A stretch of 63,282 nucleotides of DNA, filler included, from Choristocarpus tenellus KU-1152 (lineage: Eukaryota; Protista; Phaeophyceae): assembly GCA_964200185.2 (NCBI GenBank). It is 13 parts of 13 records of this genome, joined end to end, with 100 filler letters (N's around TTAATTAATTAA, not from the genome) between each part and the next. Parts side by side here need not be neighbours in the genome. Positions count along the whole stretch, not along the records: positions 49,306 to 53,984 come from CAXNAD020013492.1; positions 54,085 to 56,922 come from CAXNAD020024305.1; positions 57,023 to 63,282 come from CAXNAD020008545.1; 10 more parts are not named here. One strand, given 5' to 3'. Position numbers and translations under genes: made by a program. The notes under the pieces were generated by a model. The model was not told where the DNA came from and did not search any database. It saw nothing but the letters and a program-made list of their open reading frames with translations. Of this stretch, positions 52,681-63,282 are shown piece by piece; positions within the stretch are counted from its first letter, which is position 1, and every line of letters starts with the position of its first letter.

Positions 52681-54704
52681 ACAGGTAATATCTGTGGACG
52701 GTTGTTTTGTGGTTTCTCGACCGTTGATGCAATGCTATTATCACTTGTGTAGATAATTCCATATGTTGCATCAAGTGGAGAGTAGAAGCAAAGGTGTGTA
52801 CGTGTGCCTAATGCTTTCTACATCCGAACACCGGAAATTGTGATGGCTGCTACTATTTATTAGTTGTTGAACATGAGCTAGTCTCCATAGAAGGGCTTAC
52901 CTTCTTCCACATGCTTACTCTTTGATGGTAAAGGATTGACACGCTGTTTAATTGTTTGTTTGACAAGTTGCAAGAGACCCTTGCTCCGTAAGTGTTTCCA
53001 ATGTTGTGCCTTGTGGTCAACTCAACTGAGATTGACTTCAAAGCAGTCACCACTGAAGGAGACATGTCTACAAAGTTGTATTGTATTTGTTGGTTTCTGA
53101 TTGCGATATCCCCAGTTAACTACTATATCGTAGATCTCTGATGATAAGTGATTTTATCTCCTTCATTTTACAGGGTTTAGGAGGGTTATGAGTATCTTTT
53201 TGAAGGAGTGATAGCAAAGATCCACATCTGTATAAATATATGTGATTATCCAACATTGATGTATTTTTTCTCATTACCATAATAACCAAGCTTCTCTGCT
53301 GTCTCCTCATGCATCTCCTTGAATGAAGTTTCCTTCGTATGTAGTATGTGATCATCAAGTCAGAGACATGCAACATTTTTTCCTGGTCTTGTCAAAATGC
53401 TTAGGTATGTGTCAAGTAGCATTATCATTGCTATTTTCACCATAGTACGACAAATGTGTGTGGAAAGACCTTAATAGGTAGTAACAGTGTTTCGAACAAT
53501 GAAAAAGACTACAGAACAAAAAAAACACATTTGGTATTGATGGTGAAAATAAAGTTATGTCCCATCATTGGTTTCAAGTTCAATGGTTTGATTTGAACGA
53601 AATGTTCCTTGTGTAGTGTATATAGATAATAAAACATTACCACGTGGATGTAAATGATAGATCACACGCCACCGCCTAGTATGAAGAACCATTGCAAGTA
53701 AAGGCGCAAAGACCCCATTTTTTTCTAATAAATGGTTCGACGAGATGTGGGTAAATCCCCAGTAGCTACAACTACGTTCAAGAGGGATATTCTTTCTGCA
53801 CACTTTATCGTAGACGAATAGATTACATAGGCCGTGTTTTGTGCAGTCCATACGCACTAAAGGAGTTCTACCCACCCAGCAGGCCTCACTAAATCAGTCG
53901 CTTTGAGCCCCCTCCACATTCATACATCTACGAATAACATCCTCTCATCAAAATTGAGGATGGAGCATACTATGGAGGATGGGTNNNNNNNNNNNNNNNN
54001 NNNNNNNNNNNNNNNNNNNNNNNNNNNNTTAATTAATTAANNNNNNNNNNNNNNNNNNNNNNNNNNNNNNNNNNNNNNNNNNNNGAAACTGGGGGGGGGA
54101 GAAGAGTCTACACCAGAGGGTCCATTTGGTCCAAAACCAGGAAAAGTGCACTTTCATTATCCATCCAAGGTATGGAACCAAATCACCCAAAAATCGCGAC
54201 ATGCAAAAATTGGCCTCAAGTGGACAGCCGCCACCCCCCCTAGATACTTTGAGTCTGAAAAGATTCAGTCGTTCATTTTTTTAATCAGAATACAGTCGGA
54301 AGGGTGACTATTGAACTTGTTAGAGGTCACAAAACCACATACCATATTCGTCACAAGGTCTCACTGCCCAAAACCCACTGGAAATTTCGCAACTCATGGT
54401 TTGGATCTACTTGCTGAGGCCTGCGGACGGTTTGGAGTGTTTGACTCGTGCGCTGACAGTTCAATCCGATTAATTGGGGATGGGGTCTAGATGATTATAT
54501 CCTGTAGTAGTCGTAAATTGTTTCGGTTAACAACACTACAAAATGGTGATTGAAATATTTTCCCTAAGCATGCCTTAGAAGGGTACAGCCTATGTAGTGT
54601 TATGGCTACCTCTTGAGTCTTGTCCATACATTGGGGACTCTAACACTATTAAGTAATGAAAATACTGTTATAATATTTTTTTTCCTTCTAAGTCAAGAAG
54701 AGCT

Positions 54705-54935
54705 TTGAACGCAGTTGATGTTAGCAAAAACATTGTTTCTAGAGCTAGGAAGTTCCCCGAACAACAACAAAGGAAACGAAAGGCGACAAGGGCAAGGAAG
54801 GACCAAGAGATATCAGGGATAGCAAGGATTGTGCCAGGCTGGGCAAAGTTGGCCGTACCTAAATGTGAGTTGCAACACATGTGTTACAGACGACGATCCT
54901 TATGGTGGTTTCCTAAATGTCATTATGAACTTTTA
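54705..54935 (+). mobile_element. IS630-Tc1-mariner-like transposase remnant
   Basis: KCELQHMC...WWFPKCHYEL resembles the FxPKFHCELNPIE motif preceding the catalytic E. Confidence 0.45.
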
Positions 54936-55379
54936 GACCTAGATAAATTATATGTTGTAATTGTGTTTTTCTCATATTATTTTGTTCTTGTGAGAGCACA
55001 TGCAATCCCATGTTCCAGTCTGTTGGTATTTTTTATCAAACCATAATCTCCCAGCATGCTTGATGACCATTCATTATGGCACCATCATCAAGCCTCACCA
55101 TCTTTCTACAGGCTTGAGAGCTGAGGCTAATGCCCCATGTCCACTAGGTATGTGGACAAAACGTTTTGTAGTATGGAGACCCTTCGACCGTATGTAGTGT
55201 CTTCTCCATCTAGGGGGGGAACAACCTCAGGTCACCAAATTGGACATTTGTTGTCTCCTTGTAAAATACTGGATTTGGGTGGATGTGGAACTACATTTGT
55301 ATCAGGAGTTTGCTCTCCGTCTGCTCTTCACCTCTCCCCAATGAATGGAGAGTGAGAGGGCCTTCTTTATGGCACATAT

Positions 55380-55638
55380 GAGCCAAAGTATCTTAGAGGG
55401 TAAAGCCGCGTCCATTTGGGGGTCAAAATTCAATTTGGCGATTTTCATGTAATTTTGGCTATTGTGTTTGTTAGGAAGTGTAAATATCCATGTTCTAGAC
55501 ACACCGTTTCATATCATATACATTTTACCTACTCCTAAACATTTTGGAGTGGAAAAATGTGATGAAAACCCCCAAGAGAAGCCAAGCCTCAAATGGACAA
55601 ACAGGGCAAAACTCGTACCCTCTAAGATACTTTCACTC
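55380..55638 (+). mobile_element. MITE family A, 4-bp TSD ATAT
   Basis: Both TIRs. The neighbouring direct-repeat copy acts as an empty site (GCACATATGGG vs GCACCTGTGGG), supporting a 4-bp duplication. Confidence 0.92.
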
Positions 55639-55640
55639 AT

Positions 55641-56040
55641 ATGGGTTCAAACATTTCATCCTTGGCTCAAAATGAATCAGTGACCATGCATCAGGGCATT
55701 CTCGCATAGTAGAATTAATAGTCTGTGAGATATTGCACCTGTGGGTTTAAAACATTGCATCCTTAGCTCATGATGAATTAGTGACCATACATGAGAGCAT
55801 TCTCACATAGTCGCATTAATGGTCTGTGAGATGCAAACCCTTCCGACCACGGTTTCGGGATCTCTCTCTAATGGGGGATTGGCCTCGAGGCTATGCAAGA
55901 GAGATTTGGTCACCTTACTGTGTTTACTGTGTGCTCGTCAACAATGGGCTCTGAGTTGCCAGGACTCCAGACCATGGCGTTAGGGTCTCTCTGAAATAAG
56001 GGAATGACCCTGAGGCTAAGCAAGAGAGGACCATATTGTG
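55641..56040. repeat. Two adjacent pairs of imperfect direct repeats (~92 bp x2, ~75 bp x2)
   Basis: 55641-55732 vs 55741-55832; 55843-55920 vs 55968-56040. Confidence 0.8.
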
Positions 56041-57022
56041 TTGAATAGAGCTTCGTGTCGCCACAGACTCTTGGTGTGTTACATGGTGAACATAGACTGC
56101 TTATTATCTACACGATGGGCTTCTGTCCTAGCCATCCAATTCCTGGCGTACGGCCAAAGACTGACTCATTATACCGCTATGTACGTTGATACTCTGTATT
56201 GTGCTGAACTAAAGACAAAAGTACTTGAAACTGTCATAATGTGTTACATGTTTGTATCAGGACACACAACGTAAACAGAAAAAGTAGTTATTGCGACATA
56301 CTGTGTGTACCGTGTGTGCATCCATGACTTCTGAGACCCCAGTGGACACTTGCCTGGTGGACCTCCCTTCCTCTTCTCCCCTGGACGACACAGTCGTTCC
56401 CAGTTACCAAACAGTGTTGTACCCTGTAGCACCCTATCCTGGCCATAGAAGGACGGCAGTAAACGAATCCTTGTTATTGCTATGGTTGTTGTACGTGAGA
56501 CACAGCAGGAGGAATACTCAACAGGATTGATTATTACTCAACGGAATTTTCGGAAAAGGTTCATCTAGATGCGCGCGATAATTCTGTTGACAAAGAGCAA
56601 AGAAGAAGTAATTGCAACATGTGTACGGGGATCAAGGTAGTACACAATTGCCAACAAGAACATGACGTTGCGAAGGACATCCAGGAAAGAGAGGGCATCT
56701 TCCCCACACTTTTTCTGGGCTGCAGATATGAACACACCAGCACACACTCAGGGAGCGTAGAGCACACTCCCATATCAGCCCCATCCAAGTACCAGATATC
56801 ATATCATAAGAGCAATCTCGATGGCTCAAAGTATCGTGGGGGGGGGGGGTGGCTGTCCATTTGGGGCCCATTTTTCCATGTCGGGATTTTTGGTTGATTG
56901 GGCTGCAGGCGTGGGATGGATGNNNNNNNNNNNNNNNNNNNNNNNNNNNNNNNNNNNNNNNNNNNNTTAATTAATTAANNNNNNNNNNNNNNNNNNNNNN
57001 NNNNNNNNNNNNNNNNNNNNNN

Positions 57023-57195
57023 AAAGTATGTGAGGGGGGGAGGTGGTTTAGAAGGACGCGTCCGTTTCAGTCAAACAACTCTTTTTTTTGCAGACATTTC
57101 AAATCCGACACGCGCGACCAAATCACACCAAAAAAGTGAAATCGAAAAAAGGGTGAAGAACGGACGCCGACACCCCCCCCCAGATAATTTGACCA
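57023..57195 (-). mobile_element. MITE family C, reverse orientation, at contig start
   Basis: Reverse complement of 3722-3902. Confidence 0.85.
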
Positions 57196-58360
57196 TATTG
57201 CTAATGAGACAAAGGAGGAATCAACTGGATTATCGCAACTATCTTGTAGACGAAATGAGTTCTGTACAGAGCATAAAGAATAGACGAACATATTCGCAAT
57301 TTTTCATTTGAACGCGAACCCCGCACCTCTCATTACCCACCACTTCCCAAGAGTGGGAACATCCGATAAATTGAAGTCCTTACCACCATGTTCAGTCACA
57401 TAGACCTTGAACAAAACCTCGTATTGTGCACTTCGAGTGGTAGAGAGTAGATTACAAAAGTAGTTTCAGTCGGGAAGACTGCCAAAGAGTTCGAATCCGT
57501 TAGTGTTAGAGATGGACATGATCATTCTGCGTGACCAGTGTGGATAGAGTATCGAAACTGCCAAACTCCAGCCAACATATTCCTCGGGTTCAGAGTGAAA
57601 AGCAAGCAAGATTTCAGGGAGGGATGCTGATATGTCAAGGGTGTACCACTAGGTGGAAGCAAAGTCAATTACCCCTAAACGATGCATACGAGAGGGTGGA
57701 AGCAAATATGAACTACCCCTAAACGATATTGAAATGTATCATTTTGGCACTTGATGTCTTAGAGATTGCACAGTTTGTGGGTCCGATTCAGTGTTTAGGA
57801 TGAGAAAAACAATCCATATACCAACCAACATGTCAAACATGGTAGTATTTGGTTCATGAAAGGGTGACAGGCACATCAGTTGATGTTTTTATTTAAGAAT
57901 TGAATGGTCAGGCTGAAGTGCGTTACGTTCTGTTCTATAGTTCTATGATGTGAATATTTGGTGAGATTCATTTTCTGATGTTCGACTCTCATCTAGTAAC
58001 AAAAGATTAGATTATTAACCACCTATCTATTGCATTTTCTGATAGGAAGATGCTCTAGTTGTGAAGATTGTGAAGAGGGGGTTTGAGAGTATCAAGACAT
58101 GATGGAATCTTTTTGGGATAGTCGAGTTTCAACTGTAGTAAGGAACAACAATTTATGAAGTTGTTAAGGTTTTCTGAAATTGCAACTCTAAGACGGAAGG
58201 AAAGTGGACGGAAGAACTAACAGGAGAAAGTGGTGATGATACATGATTTCAAGACGTGATTGGCTTGAAAAGTTTGATATTGTATTATTTGAGGGTATTG
58301 GTGAGTGGTGTAATAAGGTCACCTACAAACACAAGGAGTGCCACGAGTGTGCGGCTAGAG

Positions 58361-58500
58361 GTGTTTGCGCAAAATTAACTTCACTATCGAAAAAGCCTTT
58401 ATGTATCACCCCATCATATAGTATTAGAACTACCATGTTGACATATAATGACATATTATAAGACTTTGTAGATAGTGAATTACATTTTGTGTACAAACAT
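58361..58500. repeat. Small palindromic (MITE-like) element; half copy at 59030-59100
   Basis: GTGTTTGCGCAAAATTAACTTCACTATC pairs with GATAGTGAATTACATTTTGTGTACAAACAT. Confidence 0.6.
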
Positions 58501-59439
58501 CCTGATTTCACAACAAAGTCCATCGCAGAGTGACACATTCCAAGAGTCGTGGTAGGTAATACCTACATCACGTCATAGAACAACAACTGAGATCGCCGAA
58601 GTCACCACCACACCGTTGTCATCGCTGCTGTTTCTGCAGAATGATGAATGGTGTTGTTCTGATATTTGAATGGTTTTTCATTGGTTTTTGCTTGAAACAT
58701 CTACAAAATGTCAAAAGGTAGAGTGATAAAGATGAAGGAACGATGGTTTCTTTCTCATCCTATTTATATTCTTGAATTAGTTTTCTTGCATTTATCGTCA
58801 ACTTTTTTTTCCATTCTTCTCTCTCCTGCTAGTATTTTTGGTGATGTATGACGAATCGTATTATTCTGTGGCGACCTCGTTCACTGAGGGAAGGATGGTG
58901 AAGGCAATCGCAAGGAAAGGCAAACCAGATAGACCAAGACAAAGAGTAAACGAGAGGACGAGGTAGAGGTTGGACAAGTCCCAAAACTGTATAGAACTGT
59001 AGATAATTCCAGAGTATTCTAGAGTAGAGATTAGGGTGTTTGCACAAAATGTAATTCACTATTGAAAAAGTGTTATATATCAACATGGTAGTTCTAATGC
59101 TAAATGAACTAGATATATATAAGGAGGGGATGGGTTTATAGAGGTGAGGGAGGAAGGCAACGACGGCACATGAGACAGGCAGGGGCAAGGAACAAATATA
59201 AGTGGAGGGTTTAACCCGGCTCCGGGAATAGACGCACAGATTTCGATCTCGAGGAATGGAAAAGGACAGAGAACGGAATGGGCCCACATAGGGACGAGGT
59301 GGAGGTGATCGAGGATGGGGATGGCAGCCCAAGAGATAGGCACGTCCTCTTCGGAAATAGGGGGACAGGTCTCGTCTCTATAGGATGGTGAAGCCCGGAC
59401 GGAAAATCGAACAAACACACAAGGGGATGGGGCTAGCGA

Positions 59440-62400
59440 GGTGGTAGAGGCACATGATGATGGTCGCAGGGAGAGGGGCCCGCCCCTACGCAGCTTCGAT
59501 GAGGAGGAGACAGGAGAGACAGTGATAAGAGACATTACTGAGCTTCGACAGCCGGGCTCCTCCACCAGGGACCCCAACCCACACCCATCCCAACAACCAC
59601 GTCAGCTCACATCGGAACACCGTGTGATCTGTTTTCCGAGATACAGAAGCCAGTACTCCCTTTCTCCTGCACACACTCACTGGATCTGGGCTTTGCCTCG
59701 GCTCTATACCTCCGCGCCAGACCCCTGCATCCCAGCCCATGCCCAACCTGCCGCACCCCTGCCAGCCCAGAAAACTATGACACTGCCATGGAGGGGAGTG
59801 TGGGAACCGAGGTCGGGCTGGAATCCATCCGCTCACAGTCGTCTTCCACCCCTTTTGCCATCCCACCATTCCGCCTGCTCTCCATCCCACCCCCCCACCC
59901 CCCAGCCCCTCCCCCTTCTTTCCCTCCCTGCCCTAGTTGTCTAGAGTCTCTTCCCCCAGACCACCAAGGCACCCTCCCCTGTGGGTGCTCCCTCCATCTC
60001 AACTGCATGGTTAGCCTCTGCGAAGATGCCAACCACCCTCTCACATGCCCCTACTGTGGAACACACGTTTCCATTCCCACGCTTTTCAATTGCACATACA
60101 CCACCCTAACCAACCAATGACCCCCGCCTGGTGGGCTCATGACCCGCCTGAATAATGCCACTGCATCCCAAATCCATCTCTTTTCACCACACAATATCCC
60201 AGGCCAAAACTCACATCCCACCCACCCCACTTCACAAGTCGGAGCACCCCCTACCCCCAAACCCCAACACACCTCACCCCCTCCTCCACTCCAACCCATC
60301 TAACTCCACCTCCCACCCCAGTCACCACCACCATCACCACCTGCCCCCACTCCCACCCCCCCTCCACAGAAAATCTAGGCCACCTACCACCACATACACA
60401 TCTGCCTTGGGGGGTCCATACTCCAAATGTAGCATCTGCCCTTGACCAAGTCCAGATGGAGACCCTGGAGCGGGTAAACATCACCACGGTTAAGAAGGTC
60501 CCAGGCAGGCTTCGCACCGCCCACGCAATCGCCCTCACGCATACAGTGGATGTCCTGATATATGAGGTAACTGCCCCAAGGCTGGAGGGGGAGACACCAA
60601 CAATAGGGGTCATCAGAGCATCCAAACTCTTCCACATGATCTCCGACCTCTTACTGGCAAATGACGGAAAGTTCTTGAAGGAGGAAGGTTTTGCCCGAGT
60701 GGCTTCAGGGAACGTCCAAGAGCTAGTTGCATGGCTACTAGAACGATCCCAGAGGACCAGCAGACGTAGGGAGGTCCCTGGAGAGGATCCTAAATCCCGC
60801 CACGAATGCACTGCAGCTCTGGGTCACCACCACGGAGGAATTTCCAAGGGGGTGAGTGTGCTCCTAGCACAACCCAGAGCCCCAGGGACAGAGGAGAATT
60901 TCAATGTACTGGTCCCTAAACACCCGAGTGAGAATCAAGACAAGCTTAGGCAGACCATCACGGACACAAAAGACAGGGTACAAGGGAAAGCAATATCGAG
61001 GGAACAAAGGTACTGCCCCCCTGAAGGGGAGTATACCCCCACCTCCCTTCGAAAAGCCTTCATGAGGGCTAATAGCAACTCGGCACCAGGCCCTGACGGG
61101 ATGCACCCAAGCCACATCAGATCAGCCATCATAAGAAAATATCTTAGAGGGTATGAATTTTGCCCTGTTTGTCCATTTGGGGCTTGGCTTCCCTTTTTTC
61201 TTTTACATTTTACCTACTTCAAAAAGTTTCGGAGTAGGTAAAATGCATACTTTATGAAAATTTGTGTCCAAAATACGGATATTGACTCTTCCTAACAAAC
61301 ACGATGGCCCAAATTACATCAAAATCGCAACTTTGGATTTTGGCCCCCAAATGGACACGGCGCTACGCTCTAAGATACTTTAGCTCATCACGACATATGT
61401 TAGTCACGAAGAAGTAGCAGAGGTGTTTGCAAAATTATGGGAGCTAGCCTACACCTCCCCGGACTCTCTACCCCTAGAGTTCTGGACACTCCACACAAAC
61501 TCCAGACTGTCTGCGATCGGGGAGAAGTATCGCCCGGTTGCCTGCAGGTCTTTTTTCAGGAGGGCGTGTGCTTCAGCTTTCTGCACAGACTGGCGCCCCT
61601 ACCTGGAGGAATATTTCGGTGGAGTAGTTCAATTGGCGTCAGGCTCCCAAATGGAGTAGAACATGCACTCCTGGATATCCGCCTAAGGGATGAGTGCGGA
61701 GAATGAGTCATCACTTTGGACGGAAGGAATGCTTTCAACAGCATACGTTGCTCAGCTTTCATCCAGAACCTCCCAGAGACTATACCAGGACTCCTACCTT
61801 ATATTTCTAAGGTATATGGGAACACCCGCAATCTTCTTTTCCCCCTGGATGAGGGAGGGACGAAGATCCTACCATCAAGATCTGGGGCCCAACAGGGAGA
61901 CCCACTAGGCCCCCTCTTATATTGCATGGTCACACACAGGGCCTTGCAACAGGTCCAAGCGGTTTTTGGACCCCAAGGGATATCCTCCCGAAGCTACCTG
62001 GACAACACATTGATATCAGCTAGAGATATAGGCCCTAACACTATAGCTGCTTTCGAGCAGTTAAAAACTGACCTCCATGAGGTAGGCATTGACCTCAATA
62101 TGGACAAGACCTTCGCCGCATCTCCCCAGGGCCACCAACCCATACCCTCGGAACTGGAGCTTCTCCCTGCAGCAGGAATCAACCTAGCCCCGAACCCCAG
62201 TGGTTTTGTCACTCTAGGGGCTCCGGTGGGAACAGATGGTTTTATTCAAGCTCACATGGCTGAGGTGATCGAGAACTCAGGGACATGAGCTTTGGCCACA
62301 CACCTCGGTGAGATGGAGGACAAGTAGGTGGCCTGGCCCCTCAACTCCTGATCCCTCTCATCCCGGCTAGGCTATCTAGCGAGGGTCACTCCCCCCCTCC

Positions 62401-63282
62401 TGGCACGCTCCACCATGGAGCAAGCAGACAGCACCTCACTATGGACACTAGAGAGGATAATGGAGGTAGCTGACTCGACAGAGGATACAGGTTTTTGAAG
62501 GGAGGGTGCAACAATGGGTCTCTCCGCATAGAGACCCACCAACTAGTACAGGGACAGATGCCTACAAGTGCGGGGGGTCTGGGCCTATCCTCTATGAAAC
62601 ACTGCCAACATGCGGCTTTCGTAGGATCACTGGTAGCTACTCTCCCCACCCTCCTCACAAGGCAGCAATGGCCTCAAGTGAGTCCTTTTCGCAAGCTATC
62701 TGCACGAGCCTCACCCTTCAGGGCTCAGGAACATCCATCCACTCCCTCCTAGCCACGGGTGTCCCCTCAGAAGACCTTGCCGAAATCATTGGCCAAGACT
62801 GGGTAACCTAGCGGGGAACAATATCCCCTCCACCTGCCCCAGAGGTACATACTCTAGCTGCCCATGACGCTAGGATCACAAGGAGGGCTCAACACGAGAT
62901 CACACGCCTCCTGAACAAGATCCATTTTGACTCCTTCAGGAGGGAGACAACTGCCCGGTCTTCCAAATGAGATAAACCAAGGGAGAGAAAGCTTCTCATT
63001 GGCCCTAGCACGCCACCGGAGCCAGTGTGGACAAGGGGCAAACGCGTGGGCCTCAACTCAACCTCTGGAACCAGCATGCTAGATCCCCCCTCTGGAATTC
63101 AAGCTCACAGTCAGCAGATCACTAGGGAGGGATGAGGCCCTCTCAAACAGGTGTCCAGTGGCAGTGTGCAGGAGGCAAAATGTTGATACCAGACATGCCC
63201 GTACCTGCCCCTGAGCGGGGGGACAGGTACGACAGCACACTCCAATGATGAAACGACTGCACCAACAATGCAAGGGGGTGGG
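59440..63282 (+). mobile_element. Decayed CRE-clade (RLE-type) non-LTR retrotransposon with RING-like finger; runs off window
   Basis: SAPGPDG, YRPVACRSFFRR, LDGRNAFNSI, GAQQGDPLGPLLY, YLDN (YxDD), FVTLGAPVG, PTSAGGLGL, C-terminal CPVAVC..H..TC knuckle; no APE motifs upstream; many stops. Confidence 0.88.
61132..61386 (-). mobile_element. MITE family A inserted in the non-LTR ORF
   Basis: Removing it plus one ATCA restores the frame HIRSAI-TTYVSHEEVAEVFAKLW. Confidence 0.88.

Noticed and set aside
3918-57022. Twelve regularly recurring TTAATTAATTAA motifs in N runs, and ORFs ending in X...LIN
   Set aside because: Artificial concatenation linkers; they also invalidate any neighbourhood argument across contigs.
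57460-57498. tRNA gene (A-box-like TAGTTTCAGTCGG plus GTTCGAATCC)
   Set aside because: No anticodon arm or acceptor stem; at best a SINE-head relic. Lone B-box-like motifs near 18685 and 46070 are rejected likewise.

Overview
This is eukaryotic nuclear DNA, not prokaryotic. The window is 13 short contigs joined by artificial 100-bp linkers (44 N + TTAATTAATTAA + 44 N), so gene order across linkers is meaningless. Spliced genes with signal peptide + 'A-F' plastid presequences, a Zn(II)2Cys6 factor, TTAGGG repeats and long introns point to a photosynthetic stramenopile, probably a brown alga (inference). Host genes reconstructed by hand from splice sites: a Zn2Cys6 transcription factor, a plastid PAP/fibrillin, a plastid HAD hydrolase and a PH + coiled-coil + PDZ-like protein. 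The rest is mostly decayed transposons: Ty1/copia, Ty3/gypsy, PIF/Harbinger, a Tc1-like remnant and a CRE-clade non-LTR element with a RING-like finger. About 20 copies or fragments of related MITE families share terminal and sub-terminal motifs and have mixed 3/4-bp TSDs. The strongest candidate for a little-described system is an intron-containing gene at ~22.3-25.6 kb. The ORF track misses it because of a frameshift and introns. It encodes a bacterial-style ParB/Srx domain (DGNHR) followed by an HTH, in locally CpG-rich DNA. Also notable are a ~120-bp higher-order tandem array (46.2-47.7 kb) and duplicated structured modules (55.6-56.0 kb). All assignments are by eye, with no database searches.
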